Shown: positions 24,535 to 39,400, numbered from the stretch's first letter. The stretch is 64,000 nt of DNA from Eledone cirrhosa (GCA_964016885.1 OZ024744.1:61628001-61692000); one strand, 5' to 3'. Numbers and translations are program-made. Notes: generated by a model not told the origin, from the sequence alone.

Positions 24535-25788
24535 CTGGCAAATGGCTCCGCTCAGTGTGTAGGAAAGGTGTTGGTAGAAATTCCATCCTCTGTCCCAAAT
24601 GCAAGTTATGGATACACAAGAAACATAGTGGGATCTCAGGTAGGTTAGCAAAGAATGTAAGTTTTACTTGTGGCCGTTCTACAGGAGCAGTAAGTAACAA
24701 ACACTCACAGGAAAAAAGTACTATCAAATTCTTGGAAGGTTCTGTGGAAGCAGTTGACAGCTTCTGCTACCTAGGTGACCAAATTAGCCTTGAAAGTTGG
24801 TGTGCCAAAAGTACAGTAGCCAGAGTGAGAATGGGATGTAAAAAGTTTAGGGAGCTACTGCCGCTGCTAGCTACAAAAGGTTTTTTCCTCAAAATGAAGG
24901 CCAAATTGTATGATGTGTGTATACAAACAGCAATGTTACATGGTAGTGAGACCTGTGTGCATAGCACCTGCGAAGATTGGAAAGAAATGAAGCCGGCATG
25001 CTTCAGTGGATGTGTAATAGCAATATATATAAAGGCAAAGCATAAACACACTGAGAGAGAAACTGTGCACAAGAGGGATCAGATGCAATGTACAGGAGAG
25101 AAGATTGCATTGGTATGGACATGTGTTGCATATGCTGAATGACAGCTGCATAAAATGATGCAGGGCGCTCAAAGTTGATGGAAAGTATGGAGTAGGAAAA
25201 CCTAAGAAGACTTGGGATGAGGTTATAAAAGCTGACCTTGCACAATTACACCTCTCAAAAGCAATGAAACAGGATCATGATCTTTGGTGTTTTGCAGTGA
25301 TTCAGAAGACCCAGCTTCCCATGTGCACAGGTTGAAGCATACATCTAGTACACATTACTCTCCCTTACCTCCTATTTCCATACAACTTCAACACCCTAAC
25401 ACCTCACCTTTGATCCACCCTCACCTGATAAATGTCCCACCCTAGATCTACCCTTCCAATCCCCATCCACCTCCCACCCCAGTCCTCACTGTAAAGTAGT
25501 CGTTTCTAGTGCCATGACAAAAAGCTCCTAGTCCACACTGTAAAGTGGTCATGTAGGCGTCACAACAAAAAACACTCAGCCTACACTGTAAAGTAGTCAT
25601 TTTGGTGCCATGATAAAAAATACCCAGTATACACTGTAAATGAGGTTGGCGGTAGGAAAAGCATCCACCCGAAAAACCAAGCCCAAATCAGTCCAGTGTG
25701 AGTAAGACATGGTCATCTCATCTGGCTTGGCTCACATCTGGACAACTCATCTAACCCATGCTAATGTGGGAAAATGGCCATTAAACTG

Positions 25789-25817
<29 letters not shown>
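24535..25817 (+). mobile_element. RTE-like LINE 3' half: PHD-like finger, thumb, 3' UTR and (GAT)n tail
   Basis: CRKGVGRNSILCPKCKLWIHKKHSGISGRL, VDSFCYLGD, MLHGSET, WYGHV; tail ...ttaaactgtgatgatgat. Confidence 0.88.
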
Positions 25818-25819
<2 letters not shown>

Positions 25820-25904
25820 ATATATATGCTTGTGTGTACAGGATGTATGTATATAAATATGTGTGTGATTGAATGGAGAGAGAGTATGAATGAGGAAGAG
25901 TGAG

Positions 25905-25905
25905 A

Positions 25906-25963
<58 letters not shown>

Positions 25964-26310
25964 TGAGAGAGAGAGAGAGAGAGAGAGTTATAATTATAGT
26001 CATCATGTAGATGTGTTTGTGCATGATCCAAGAGAAAGTTAAGCTATTGCTGTGGTTGAGCAACAAGTAAAACAAAACGGCTGTGTTTGGAATTCTTGAT
26101 GAATGAATCATCCTACCCCCTCGTCAGTGTTCAGTACCACAAGAGAAAGAGAGAGCGAAACAAAGAGATAGAAAGAGAGAGAGGGAGGAAAAGAGAAAGA
26201 AAGGGGAAAAGAGAGAAAGCTCATTACTCTCCATTTTTTTTTCTTTTCTTTTCTTTTCTTTTCTTTTCTTTTCTTTTCTTTTCTTTTCTTTCTTTTCTTT
26301 CTTTCTTTCT
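25905..26310. repeat. (GA)n and (TTTTC)n simple repeats
   Basis: GA run 25905-25987; TTTTC run ~26240-26310. Confidence 0.95.
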
Positions 26311-26621
26311 AACCTTCTCTGTTTCATTTTTTTCTCTCTGTTAACTTACCTACAAATCGTACTCTTCTGTCCTACTGACCTTAGACAGAGTAGTCCTCCA
26401 AGATATGCAGCAACTGTTTAAAAGTCATTTTCCACCAGCTAAAGAAGAGGTGAGCCTCGCAGGCCCCATCACAACAATCATGCCTGTAATGGGTTCCTTT
26501 TTAGAGCAATATTTTAATGTTAGATACCTTTCCTGGTAGCAACTCTTTTAGTCACCTCACACATATAGTGTATAATATTCTATAAATATATTATTCTATA
26601 AATTTATTATGTATAAATATA

Positions 26622-27073
26622 TACACTTACACCTCTCCAAGACAATGTAACTGGACCGAGATCTTTGGTGCTACACAGTCATACAGAAGACCCACCTTGC
26701 CTAAGTACAAAGCCAAACCTACAGTCAGTAGGCACATCTAACAAAATACCCCCCCCCCCCCCCCCCACCTGGTCCCACTACCCCCACCCCATCCACACCA
26801 GCCCCTTAAATATGAAGTTATGTTGGTACCACAACATCGAGTCCGAAACAAACGAGGTCGTGTAGGTGTCACGACAAAAAAACACACAGTCCACACTGTA
26901 GTGTGGTAACACGGTAAAAGCCTCCCAGTCCACACTGTAAATGTGGTTGGTGTTAGGGCATCCAGCCGTAGAAAACCCGCCAGACAGTCCTATACGAGCA
27001 AGAAAACAAACCTTGCCTCAAGAGGGAAACCTCCCGTCCAAACCCATGCAAGCGTGGAAGATGGACGTTAAAC

Positions 27074-27105
<32 letters not shown>
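26622..27105 (+). mobile_element. 5'-truncated RTE-like LINE 3' end with (GAT)n tail
   Basis: HLHLSKTM..DRDLWC; 3' UTR homologous to 56930-57400 (-); ends ggacgttaaacgatgatgat. Confidence 0.82.
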
Positions 27106-27106
<1 letters not shown>

Positions 27107-27219
27107 ATATACACTGTTAGATTATTTTGGTTTCTGAGAATAAGATTTTGTCTCAGTGGCTTGTTTAGAAGGGTTTATATATCAAAAGACAAAAAGAAAG
27201 GGAGAGTATGGCTTATTAT

Positions 27220-27300
27220 GTATGTTGACTTTGCCTTACATCCTTACGGGGTCGATAAAATAAAGTACCAGTAATTGCTCGCCTTGTGCCTAAAGTAGAA
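27220..27300 (+). mobile_element. SINE body fragment (related pieces ~14590-14630 and ~60420-60465)
   Basis: gactttgccttacatccttacggggtcgataaaataaagtaccagt motif. Confidence 0.5.
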
Positions 27301-27424
27301 ACAATTATGTAATGTAATCATAGTCACTGCAAATAATAATAGTTTTATTATACAAAAACTATGTAATATGTTGGCTACAGCTTGATAACATCTGTCTTGC
27401 CCCGACATGTGGCTGATGCAGGCT

Positions 27425-30400
27425 AATGGTTGGCTTACAGAATATAGGAATATGTATCGGTAGTTGATTTATAGAATATAGAGAAGTGGGTCGGTGGTTG
27501 GTTTATGGAATATAGAGATGTGGGTCGGTGGTTGGTTTATGGAATATAGAGATGTGGGTCGGTGGTTGGTTTATGGAATATAGAGATGTGGGTTGGTGGT
27601 TGGTTTATGGAATATAGAGATGTGGGTCGGTGGTTGGTTTATGGAATATAGAGATGTGGGTCGGTGGCAGGTTTATGGAATATAGAGATGTGGGTCGGTG
27701 GTAGGTTTATGGAATATAGAGATGTGGGTCGGTGGTTGGTTTATGGAATATAGAGATGTGGGTTGGTGGTTGGTTTATGGAATATAGAGATGTGGGTCGG
27801 TGGTTGGTTTATGGAATATAGAGATGTGGGTCGGTGGTAGGTTTATGGAATATAGAGATGTGGGTCGGTGGTAGGTTTATGGAATATAGAGATGTGGGTC
27901 GGTGGTAGGTTTATGGAATATAGAGATGTGGGTCGGTGGTTGGTTTATGGAATATAGAGATGTGGGTCGGTGGTAGGTTTACGGAATATAGAGATGTGGG
28001 TCGGTGGTAGGTTTATGGAATATAGAGATGTGGGTCGGTGGTTAGTTTATGGAATATAGAGATGTGGGTCGGTGGTCGGTTTATGGAATATAGAGATGTG
28101 GGTCGGTGGTCGGTTTATGGAATATAGAGATGTGGGTTGGTGGTTGGTTTATGGAATATAGAGATGTGGGTCGGTGGTTGGTTTATGGAATATAGAGATG
28201 TGGGTCGGTGGTTGGTTTATGGAATATAGAGATGTAGGTTGGTGGTTAGTTTATGGAATATAGAGATGTGGGTCGGTGGTTGGTTTATGGACTATAGAGA
28301 TGTGGGTCGGTGGTTGGTTTATGGAATATAGAGATGTGGGTCGGTGGTTGGTTTATGGAATATAGAGATGTGGGTCGGTGGTTGGTTTATGGAATATAGA
28401 GATGTGGGTCGGTGGTTGGTTTATGGAATATAGAGAAGTGGGTCAGTGGTTGGTTTATGGAAAATAGAGATGTGGGTCGGTGGTTGGTTTATGGAATATA
28501 GAGATGTGGGTCGGTGGTTGGTTTATGGACTATAGAGAGGTGGGTCGGTGGTTGGTTTATGGAAAATAGAGATGTGGGTCGGTGGTTGGTTTATGGAATA
28601 TAGAGATGTGGGTCGGTGGTTGGTTTATGGAATATAGAGATGTGGGTCGGTGGTTGGTTTATGGAATATAGAGATGTGGGTAGGTGGTTAGTTTATGGAA
28701 TATAGATATGTGGGTCGGTGGTTGGTTTATGGAATATAGAGATGTGGGTTGGTGGTTAGTTTATGGAATATAGAGATGTGGGTCGGTGGTTGGTTTATGG
28801 ACTATAGAGATGTGGGTCGGTGGTTGGTGTATGGAATATAGAGATGTGGGTCAGTGGTTGGTTTATGGAAAATAGAGATGTGGGTCGGTGGTTGGTTTAT
28901 GGAATATAGAGAAGCGGGTTGGTGGTTGGCTTACAAAATATAGGAATATGTATCGGTAGTTGATTTATGGAATATAGAGATGTGGGTCGGTGGTTGGTTT
29001 ATGGAATATAGAGATGTGGGTTGGTGGTTGGTTTATGGAATATAGAGATGTGGGTCGGTGGTTGGCTTACAGAGTATAGGAATATCTATCGGTAGTTAAT
29101 TTATGGAATATAGAGATGTGGGTCGGTGGTAGGTTTATGGAATATAGAGTGTGGGTCGGTGGTTGGTTTATGGAATATAGAGATGTGGGTCGGTGGAAGA
29201 TTTATGGAATATAGATATGTGGGTCGGTGGTTGGTTTATGAAATATAGAGAAGTGGGTCGGTGGTTGGTTTATAGAATATAGAGATGTGGGTCGGTGGTT
29301 AGTTTATGGAATATAGAGATGTGAGTGGGTGGTTGATTTATGGAATATAGAGATGTGGGTCGGTGGTTGGCTTACAGAATATAGGAATATGTATCGGTAG
29401 TTGATTTATAGAATATAGAGAAGTGGGTCGGTGGTAGATTTATGGAATATAGAGATGTTGGTCGGTGGTCGGTTTATGGAATATAGAGATGTGGGTCGGT
29501 GGTTGGTTTATGGAATATAGAGATGTGGGTCGGTGGTTGATTTATGGACTATAGAGATGTGGATCGGTGGTTGGTTTATGGAATATAGAGATGTGGGTCG
29601 GTGGTTGGTTTATGGAATATAGAGATGTGGGTCGGTGGTTGGTTTATGGAATATAGAGATGTGGGTCGGTGGTAGGTTTATGGAATATAGAGATGTGGGT
29701 CGGTGGTAGGTTTATGGAATATAGAGATGTGGGTCGGTGGTAGGTTTATGGAATATAGAGATGTGGGTCGGTGGTTGGTTTATGGAATATAGAGATGTGG
29801 GTCGGTGGTAGGTTTATGGAATATAGAGATGTGGGTCGGTGGTAGGTTTATGGAATATAGAGATGTGGGTCGGTGGTTAGTTTATGGAATATAGAGATGT
29901 GGGTCGGTGGTCGGTTTATGGAATATAGAGATGTGGGTCGGTGGTCGGTTTATGGAATATAGAGATGTGGGTTGGTGGTTGGTTTATGGAATATAGAGAT
30001 GTGGGTCGGTGGTTGGTTTATGGAATATAGAGATGTGGGTCGGTGGTTGGTTTATGGAATATAGAGATGTAGGTTGGTGGTTAGTTTATGGAATATAGAG
30101 ATGTGGGTCGGTGGTTGGTTTATGGACTATAGAGATGTGGGTCGGTGGTTGGTTTATGGAATATAGAGATGTGGGTCGGTGGTTGGTTTATGGAATATAG
30201 AGATGTGGGTCGGTGGTTGGTTTATGGAATATAGAGATGTGGGTCGGTGGTTGGTTTATGGACTATAGAGATGTGGGTCGGTGGTTGGTTTATGGAAAAT
30301 AGAGATGTGGGTCGGTGGTTGGTTTATGGAATATAGAGATGTGGGTCGGTGGTTGGTTTATGGAATATAGAGATGTGGGTCGGTGGTTGGTTTATGGAAT

Positions 30401-33400
30401 ATAGAGATGTGGGTAGGTGGTTAGTTTATGGAATATAGATATGTGGGTCGGTGGTTGGTTTATGGAATATAGAGATGTGGGTTGGTGGTTAGTTTATGGA
30501 ATATAGAGATGTGGGTCGGTGGTTGGTTTATGGACTATAGAGATGTGGGTCGGTGGTTGGTTTATGGAATATAGAGATGTGGGTCAGTGGTTGGTTTATG
30601 GAAAATAGAGATGTGGGTCGGTGGTTGGTTTATGGAAAATAGAGAAGTGGGTTGGTGGTTGGCTTACAAAATATAGGAATATGTATCGGTAGTTGATTTA
30701 TGGAATATAGAGATGTGGGTCGGTGGTTGGTTTATGGAATATAGAGATGTGGGTTGGTGGTTGGTTTATGGAATATAGAGATGTGGGTCGGTGGTTGGCT
30801 TACAGAGTATAGGAATATCTATCGGTAGTTAGTTTATGGAATATAGAGATGTGGGTCGGTGGTAGGTTTATGGAATATAGAGTGTGGGTCGGTGGTTGGT
30901 TTATGGAATATAGAGATGTGGGTCGGTGGAAGATTTATGGAATATAGATATGTGGGTCGGTGGTTGGTTTATGAAATATAGAGAAGTGGGTCGGTGGTTG
31001 GTTTATAGAATATAGAGATGTGGGTCGGTGGTTGGTTTATGGAATATAGAGATGTGGGTCGGTGGTTAGTTTATGGAATATAGAGATGTGAGTGGGTGGT
31101 TGATTTATGGAATATAGAGATGTGGGTCGGTGGTTGGCTTACAGAATATAGGAATATGTATCGGTAGTTGATTTATAGAATATAGAGAAGTGGGTCGGTG
31201 GTAGATTTATGGAATATAGAGATGTTGGTCGGTGGTCGGTTTATGGAATATAGAGATGTGGGTCGGTGGTTGGTTTATGGAATATAGAGATGTGGGTCGG
31301 TGGATGATTTATGGACTATAGAGATGTGGATCGGTGGTTGGTTTATGGAATATAGAGATGTGGGTCGGTGGTTGGTTTATGGAATATAGAGATGTGGGTC
31401 GGTGGTTGGTTTATGGAATATAGAGATGTGGGTCGGTGGTAGGTTTATGGAATATAGAGATGTGGGTCGGTGGTAGGTTTATGGAATATAGAGATGTGGG
31501 TCGGTGGTAGGTTTATGGAATATAGAGATGTGGGTCGGTGGTTGGTTTATGGAATATAGAGATGTGGGTCGGTGGTAGGTTTATGGAATATAGAGATGTG
31601 GGTCGGTGGTAGGTTTATGGAATATAGAGATGTGGGTCGGTGGTTAGTTTATGGAATATAGAGATGTGGGTCGGTGGTCGGTTTATGGAATATAGAGATG
31701 TGGGTCGGTGGTCGGTTTATGGAATATAGAGATGTGGGTTGGTGGTTGGTTTATGGAATATAGAGATGTGGGTCGGTGGTTGGTTTATGGAATATAGAGA
31801 TGTGGGTCGGTGGTTGGTTTATGGAATATAGAGATGTAGGTTGGTGGTTAGTTTATGGAATATAGAGATGTGGGTCGGTGGTTGGTTTATGGACTATAGA
31901 GATGTGGGTCGGTGGTTGGTTTATGGAATATAGAGATGTGGGTCGGTGGTTGGTTTATGGAATATAGAGATGTGGGTCGGTGGTTGGTTTATGGAATATA
32001 GAGATGTGGGTCGGTGGTTGGTTTATGGACTATAGAGATGTGGGTCGGTGGTTGGTTTATGGAAAATAGAGATGTGGGTCGGTGGTTGGTTTATGGAATA
32101 TAGAGATGTGGGTCGGTGGTTGGTTTATGGAATATAGAGATGTGGGTCGGTGGTTGGTTTATGGAATATAGAGATGTGGGTAGGTGGTTAGTTTATGGAA
32201 TATAGATATGTGGGTCGGTGGTTGGTTTATGGAATATAGAGATGTGGGTTGGTGGTTAGTTTATGGAATATAGAGATGTGGGTCGGTGGTTGGTTTATGG
32301 ACTATAGAGATGTGGGTCGGTGGTTGGTTTATGGAATATAGAGATGTGGGTCAGTGGTTGGTTTATGGAAAATAGAGATGTGGGTCGGTGGTTGGTTTAT
32401 GGAATATAGAGAAGTGGGTTGGTGGTTGGCTTACAAAATATAGGAATATGTATCGGTAGTTGATTTATGGAATATAGAGATGTGGGTCGGTGGTTGGTTT
32501 ATGGAATATAGAGATGTGGGTTGGTGGTTGGTTTATGGAATATAGAGATGTGGGTCGGTGGTTGGCTTACAGAGTATAGGAATATCTATCGGTAGTTAAT
32601 TTATGGAATATAGAGATGTGGGTCGGTGGTAGGTTTATGGAATATAGAGTGTGGGTCGGTGGTTGGTTTATGGAATATAGAGATGTGGGTCGGTGGAAGA
32701 TTTATGGAATATAGATATGTGGGTCGGTGGTTGGTTTATGAAATATAGAGAAGTGGGTCGGTGGTTGGTTTATAGAATATAGAGATGTGGGTCGGTGGTT
32801 GGTTTATGGAATATAGAGATGTGGGTCGGTGGTTAGTTTATGGAATATAGAGATGTGAGTGGGTGGTTGATTTATGGAATATAGAGATGTGGGTCGGTGG
32901 TTGGCTTACAGAATATAGGAATATGTATCGGTAGTTGATTTATAGAATATAGAGAAGTGGGTCGGTGGTAGATTTATGGAATATAGAGATGTTGGTCGGT
33001 GGTCGGTTTATGGAATATAGAGATGTGGGTCGGTGGTTGGTTTATGGAATATAGAGATGTGGGTCGGTGGTTGATTTATGGACTATAGAGATGTGGATCG
33101 GTGGTTGGTTTATGGAATATAGAGATGTGGGTCGGTGGTTGGTTTATGGAGTATAGAGAAGTGAGTCGGTGGTTGGTTTATGGAATATAGAGATGTGGGT
33201 CAGTGGCTGGCTTACAGAATATAGAGATGTGGGTCGGTGGTTGGTTTATGGAATATAGACATGTGGGTCGGTGGTTGGTTTATGGAATCTAGAGAAGTGG
33301 GTCGGTGGTTGGTTTATGGAATATAGATATGTGGGTCGGTGGTTGGTTTATGGAATATAGAGAAGTGGGTCGGTGGTTGATTTATGGAATATAGAGATGT

Positions 33401-36400
33401 GGGTGGTGGTTTGTTTATGGAATATAGAGAAGTGAGTCGGTCGTTGGTTTATGGAATATAGAGAACTGGATTGGTGGTTGGCTTACAGAATATAGGAATA
33501 TGTATCGGTAGTTGATTTATAGAATATAGAGAAGTGGGTCGGTGGCTTGTTTATGGAATTTAGAGATGTGGGTTGGTGGTTGGTTTATGGAATATAGAGA
33601 TGTGGGTCGGTGGTTGGTTTATGGAATATAGAGATGTGGGTCGGTGGTTTGTTTATGGAATATAGAGAAGTGAGTCGGTGGTTGTTTATAGAATATAGAG
33701 AAGTGGGTTGGTGGTTGGTTTATGGAAAATAGAGAAGTGAGTCCGTGGTTGGGTTATGGAATATAGAAATGTTGGTCGGTGGGTGGTTTCTGGAATATAG
33801 AGATGTGGGTCGGTGGTTGGTTTATGGAATATAGAGAAGTGAGTCGATGGTTGGTTTATGGAATATAGAGATGTGGGTCGGGGGTTGGTTTATGGACTAT
33901 AGAGATGTGGGTCGGTAGTTGATTTATGGAATATAGAGATGTGGGTCGGTGGTTGGTTTATGGAATATAGAGATGTGGGTCGGTGGTTGGTTTATGGAAT
34001 ATAGAGAAGTGAGTCGGTGGTTGGTTTATGGAATATAGAGATGTGGGTCAGTGGTTGGTTTATGGAATATAGAGATGTGGGTCGGTGGTTGGTTTATGGA
34101 ATATAGAGAAGTGGGTTGGTAGTTGGTTTATGGAATAAAGAGATGTGAGTCTGTGGTTGGTTTATGGAATATAGAGATGTGGGTCGGTGTTTGGTTTATG
34201 GAATTTAGAGATGTGGGTGGTGGTTGTTTATGGAATATAGAGAAGTGGGTCGGTGGTTGGTTTATGGAATATAGAGATGTGGGTCGGTGGTTGGTTTATG
34301 GAATATAGAGAAGTGAGTCGGTGGTTGGTTTATGGAATATAGAGATGTGGGTCGGTGGTTGGTTTATGGAATATAGAGAAGTGGGTCGGTGGTTTGTTTA
34401 TGGAATTTAGAGATGTGGGTCGGGGGTTGGTTTATGGACTATAGAGATGTGGGTCGGTGGTTGGTTTATGGAATATAGAGATGTGGGTCGGTAGTTGATT
34501 TATGGAATATAGAGATGTGGGTCATTGGTTGGTTTATGGAATATAGAGAAGTGAGTCGGTGTTTGATTTATGGAATATAGAGATGTGGGTCATTGGTTGG
34601 TTTATGGAATATAGAGATGTGGGTCAGTGGTTGGTTTATGGAATATAGAGATGTGGGTCGGTGGTTGGTTTATGGAATATAGAGATGTGGGTCGGTGGTT
34701 GGTTTATGGAATATAGAGATGTGGGTCGGTGGTTGGTTTATGGAATATAGAGATGTGGGTCAGTGGCTGGCTTACAGAATATAGAGATGTGGGTCGGTGG
34801 TTGGTTTATGGAATATAGAGATGTGGGTCGGTGGTTGGTTTATGGAATATAGAGATGTGGGTCGGTGGTTGGTTTATGGACTATAGAGATGTGGATCGGT
34901 GGTTGGTTTATGGAATATAGAGATGTGGGTCGGTGGTTGGTTTATGGAATATAGAGATGTGGGTCGGTGGTTGGTTTATGGAATGTAGAGATGTGGGTCG
35001 GTGGTTGGTTTATGGAATATAGAGATGTGGGTCAGTGGCTGGCTTACAGAATATAGAGATGTGGGTCGGTGGTTGGTTTATGGAATATAGAGATGTGGGT
35101 CTGTGGTTGGTTTATGGAATATAGAGATGTGGGTCGGTGGTTGGTTTATGGAATATAGAGATGTGGGTCAGTGGTCGGTTTATGGAATATAGAGATGTGG
35201 GTCGGTGGTTGGTTTATGGAATATAGAGATGTGGGTCGGTGGTTGGCTTACAGAGTATAGGAATATCTATCGGTAGTTAATTTATGGAATATAGAGATGT
35301 GGGTCGGTGGTTGGTTTATGGACTATAGAGATGTGGGTCGGTGGTTGGTTTATGGAATATAGAGATGTGGGTCGGTGGTTGGTTTATGGAATATAGAGAA
35401 GTGGGTCGGTGGTCGGTTTATAGAATATAGAGATATGGGTCATTGGTTGGTTTATGGAATATAGAGATGTGGGTCGGTGGTTGGCTTACAGAGTATAGGA
35501 ATATCTATCGGTAGTTAATTTATGGAATATAGAGATGTGGGTCGGTGGTAGTTTTATGGAATATAGAGATGTGGGTTGGTGGTTGGTTTATGGAATATAG
35601 AGATGTGGGTCGGTGGTTGGTTTATGGAATATAGAGATGTGGGTTGGTGGTTGGTTTATGGAATATAGAGATGTAGGTTGGTGGTTAGTTTATGGAATAT
35701 AGAGATGTGGGTCGGTGGTTGGTTTATGGACTATAGAGATGTGGGTCGGTCGTTGGTTTATGGAATATAGAGATGTGGGTCGGTGGTTGGTTTATGGAAT
35801 ATAGAGATGTGGGTCGGTGGTTGGTTTATGGAATATAGAGATGTGGGTCGGTGGTTGGTTTGTGGACTATAGAGATTTGGGTCGGTGGTTGGTTTATGGA
35901 AAATTGAGATGTGGGTCGGTGGTTGGTTTATGGAATATAGAGATGTGGGTCGGTGGTTGGTTTATGGAATATAGATATGTGGGTCGGTGGTTGGTTTATG
36001 GAATATAGAGAAGTGGGTCGGTGGTTGATTTATGGAATATAGAGATGTGGGTGGTGGTTTGTTTATGGAATATAGAGAAGTGAGTCGGTCGTTGGTTTAT
36101 GGAATATAGAGAACTGGATTGGTGGTTGGCTTACAGAATATAGGAATATGTATCGGTAGTTGATTTATAGAATATAGAGAAGTGGGTCGGTGGCTTGTTT
36201 ATGGAATTTAGAGATGTGGGTTGGTGGTTGGTTTATGGAATATAGAGATGTGGGTCGGTGGTTGGTTTATGGAATATAGAGATGTGGGTCGGTGGTTTGT
36301 TTATGGAATATAGAGAAGTGAGTCGGTGGTTGTTTATAGAATATAGAGAAGTGGGTTGGTGGTTGGTTTATGGAAAATAGAGAAGTGAGTCCGTGGTTGG

Positions 36401-39400
36401 GTTATGGAATATAGAAATGTTGGTCGGTGGGTGGTTTCTGGAATATAGAGATGTGGGTCGGTGGTTGGTTTATGGAATATAGAGAAGTGAGTCGATGGTT
36501 GGTTTATGGAATATAGAGATGTGGGTCGGGGGTTGGTTTATGGACTATAGAGATGTGGGTCGGTAGTTGATTTATGGAATATAGAGATGTGGGTCGGTGG
36601 TTGGTTTATGGAATATAGAGATGTGGGTCGGTGGTTGGTTTATGGAATATAGAGAAGTGAGTCGGTGGTTGGTTTATGGAATATAGAGATGTGGGTCAGT
36701 GGTTGGTTTATGGAATATAGAGATGTGGGTCGGTGGTTGGTTTATGGAATATAGAGAAGTGGGTTGGTAGTTGGTTTATGGAATAAAGAGATGTGAGTCT
36801 GTGGTTGGTTTATGGAATATAGAGATGTGGGTCGGTGTTTGGTTTATGGAATTTAGAGATGTGGGTGGTGGTTGTTTATGGAATATAGAGAAGTGGGTCG
36901 GTGGTTGGTTTATGGAATATAGAGATGTGGGTCGGTGGTTGGTTTATGGAATATAGAGAAGTGAGTCGGTGGTTGGTTTATGGAATATAGAGATGTGGGT
37001 CGGTGGTTGGTTTATGGAATATAGAGAAGTGGGTCGGTGGTTTGTTTATGGAATTTAGAGATGTGGGTCGGGGGTTGGTTTATGGACTATAGAGATGTGG
37101 GTCGGTGGTTGGTTTATGGAATATAGAGATGTGGGTCGGTAGTTGATTTATGGAATATAGAGATGTGGGTCATTGGTTGGTTTATGGAATATAGAGAAGT
37201 GAGTCGGTGTTTGATTTATGGAATATAGAGATGTGGGTCATTGGTTGGTTTATGGAATATAGAGATGTGGGTCAGTGGTTGGTTTATGGAATATAGAGAT
37301 GTGGGTCGGTGGTTGGTTTATGGAATATAGAGATGTGGGTCGGTGGTTGGTTTATGGAATATAGAGATGTGGGTCGGTGGTTGGTTTATGGAATATAGAG
37401 ATGTGGGTCAGTGGCTGGCTTACAGAATATAGAGATGTGGGTCGGTGGTTGGTTTATGGAATATAGAGATGTGGGTCGGTGGTTGGTTTATGGAATATAG
37501 AGATGTGGGTCGGTGGTTGGTTTATGGACTATAGAGATGTGGATCGGTGGTTGGTTTATGGAATATAGAGATGTGGGTCGGTGGTTGGTTTATGGAATAT
37601 AGAGATGTGGGTCGGTGGTTGGTTTATGGAATGTAGAGATGTGGGTCGGTGGTTGGTTTATGGAATATAGAGATGTGGGTCAGTGGCTGGCTTACAGAAT
37701 ATAGAGATGTGGGTCGGTGGTTGGTTTATGGAATATAGAGATGTGGGTCTGTGGTTGGTTTATGGAATATAGAGATGTGGGTCGGTGGTTGGTTTATGGA
37801 ATATAGAGATGTGGGTCAGTGGTCGGTTTATGGAATATAGAGATGTGGGTCGGTGGTTGGTTTATGGAATATAGAGATGTGGGTCGGTGGTTGGCTTACA
37901 GAGTATAGGAATATCTATCGGTAGTTAATTTATGGAATATAGAGATGTGGGTCGGTGGTTGGTTTATGGACTATAGAGATGTGGGTCGGTGGTTGGTTTA
38001 TGGAATATAGAGATGTGGGTCGGTGGTTGGTTTATGGAATATAGAGAAGTGGGTCGGTGGTCGGTTTATAGAATATAGAGATATGGGTCATTGGTTGGTT
38101 TATGGAATATAGAGATGTGGGTCGGTGGTTGGCTTACAGAGTATAGGAATATCTATCGGTAGTTAATTTATGGAATATAGAGATGTGGGTCGGTGGTAGT
38201 TTTATGGAATATAGAGATGTGGGTTGGTGGTTGGTTTATGGAATATAGAGATGTGGGTCGGTGGTTGGTTTATGGAATATAGAGATGTGGGTTGGTGGTT
38301 GGTTTATGGAATATAGAGATGTAGGTTGGTGGTTAGTTTATGGAATATAGAGATGTGGGTCGGTGGTTGGTTTATGGACTATAGAGATGTGGGTCGGTCG
38401 TTGGTTTATGGAATATAGAGATGTGGGTCGGTGGTTGGTTTATGGAATATAGAGATGTGGGTCGGTGGTTGGTTTATGGAATATAGAGATGTGGGTCGGT
38501 GGTTGGTTTGTGGACTATAGAGATTTGGGTCGGTGGTTGGTTTATGGAAAATTGAGATGTGGGTCGGTGGTTGGTTTATGGAATATAGAGATGTGGGTCG
38601 GTGGTTGGTTTATGGAATATAGAGATGTGGGTCGGTGGTTGGTTTATGGAATATAGAGATGTGGGTAGGTGGTTAGTTTATGGAATATAGATATGTGGGT
38701 CGGTGGTTGGTTTATGGAATATAGAGATGTGGGTTGGTGGTTAGTTTATGGAATATAGAGATGTGGGTCGGTGGTTGGTTTATGGACTATAGAGATGTGG
38801 GTCGGTGGTTGGTTTATGGAATATAGAGATGTGGGTCAGTGGTTGGTTTATGGAAAATAGAGATGTGGGTCGGTGGTTGGTTTATGGAATATAGAGTCGT
38901 GGGTCGGTGGTTGGTTTATGGAATATAGAGATGTGGGTTGGTGGTTGGTTTATGGAATATAGAGATGTGAGTTGGTGGTTGGTTTATGGAATATAGATAT
39001 GTGGGTCGGTGGTTGGTTTATGGAATATAGATATGTGGGTCGGTGGTTGGTTTATGGAATATAGATATGTGGGTCGGTGGTTGGTTTATGGAATATAGAG
39101 ATGTGGGTCGGTGGTTGGCTTACAAAATATAGGAATATGTATCGGTAGTTGATTTATGGAATATAGAGATGTGGGTCGGTGGTTGGTTTATGGAATATAG
39201 AGATGTGGGTTGGTGGTTGGTTTATGGAATATAGAGATGTGGGTCGGTGGTTGGCTTACAGAGTATAGGAATATCTATCGGTAGTTAATTTATGGAATAT
39301 AGAGATGTGGGTCGGTGGTAGGTTTATGGAATATAGAGATGTGGGTCGGTGGTTGGTTTATGGAATATAGAGATGTGGGTCGGTGGAAGATTTATGGAAT

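Noticed and set aside
26350-26460. Possible host exon ending in gag|gtgag (similar weak candidate at 15550-15582)
   Set aside because: No recognisable protein similarity or consistent exon chain; cannot be supported without transcripts.
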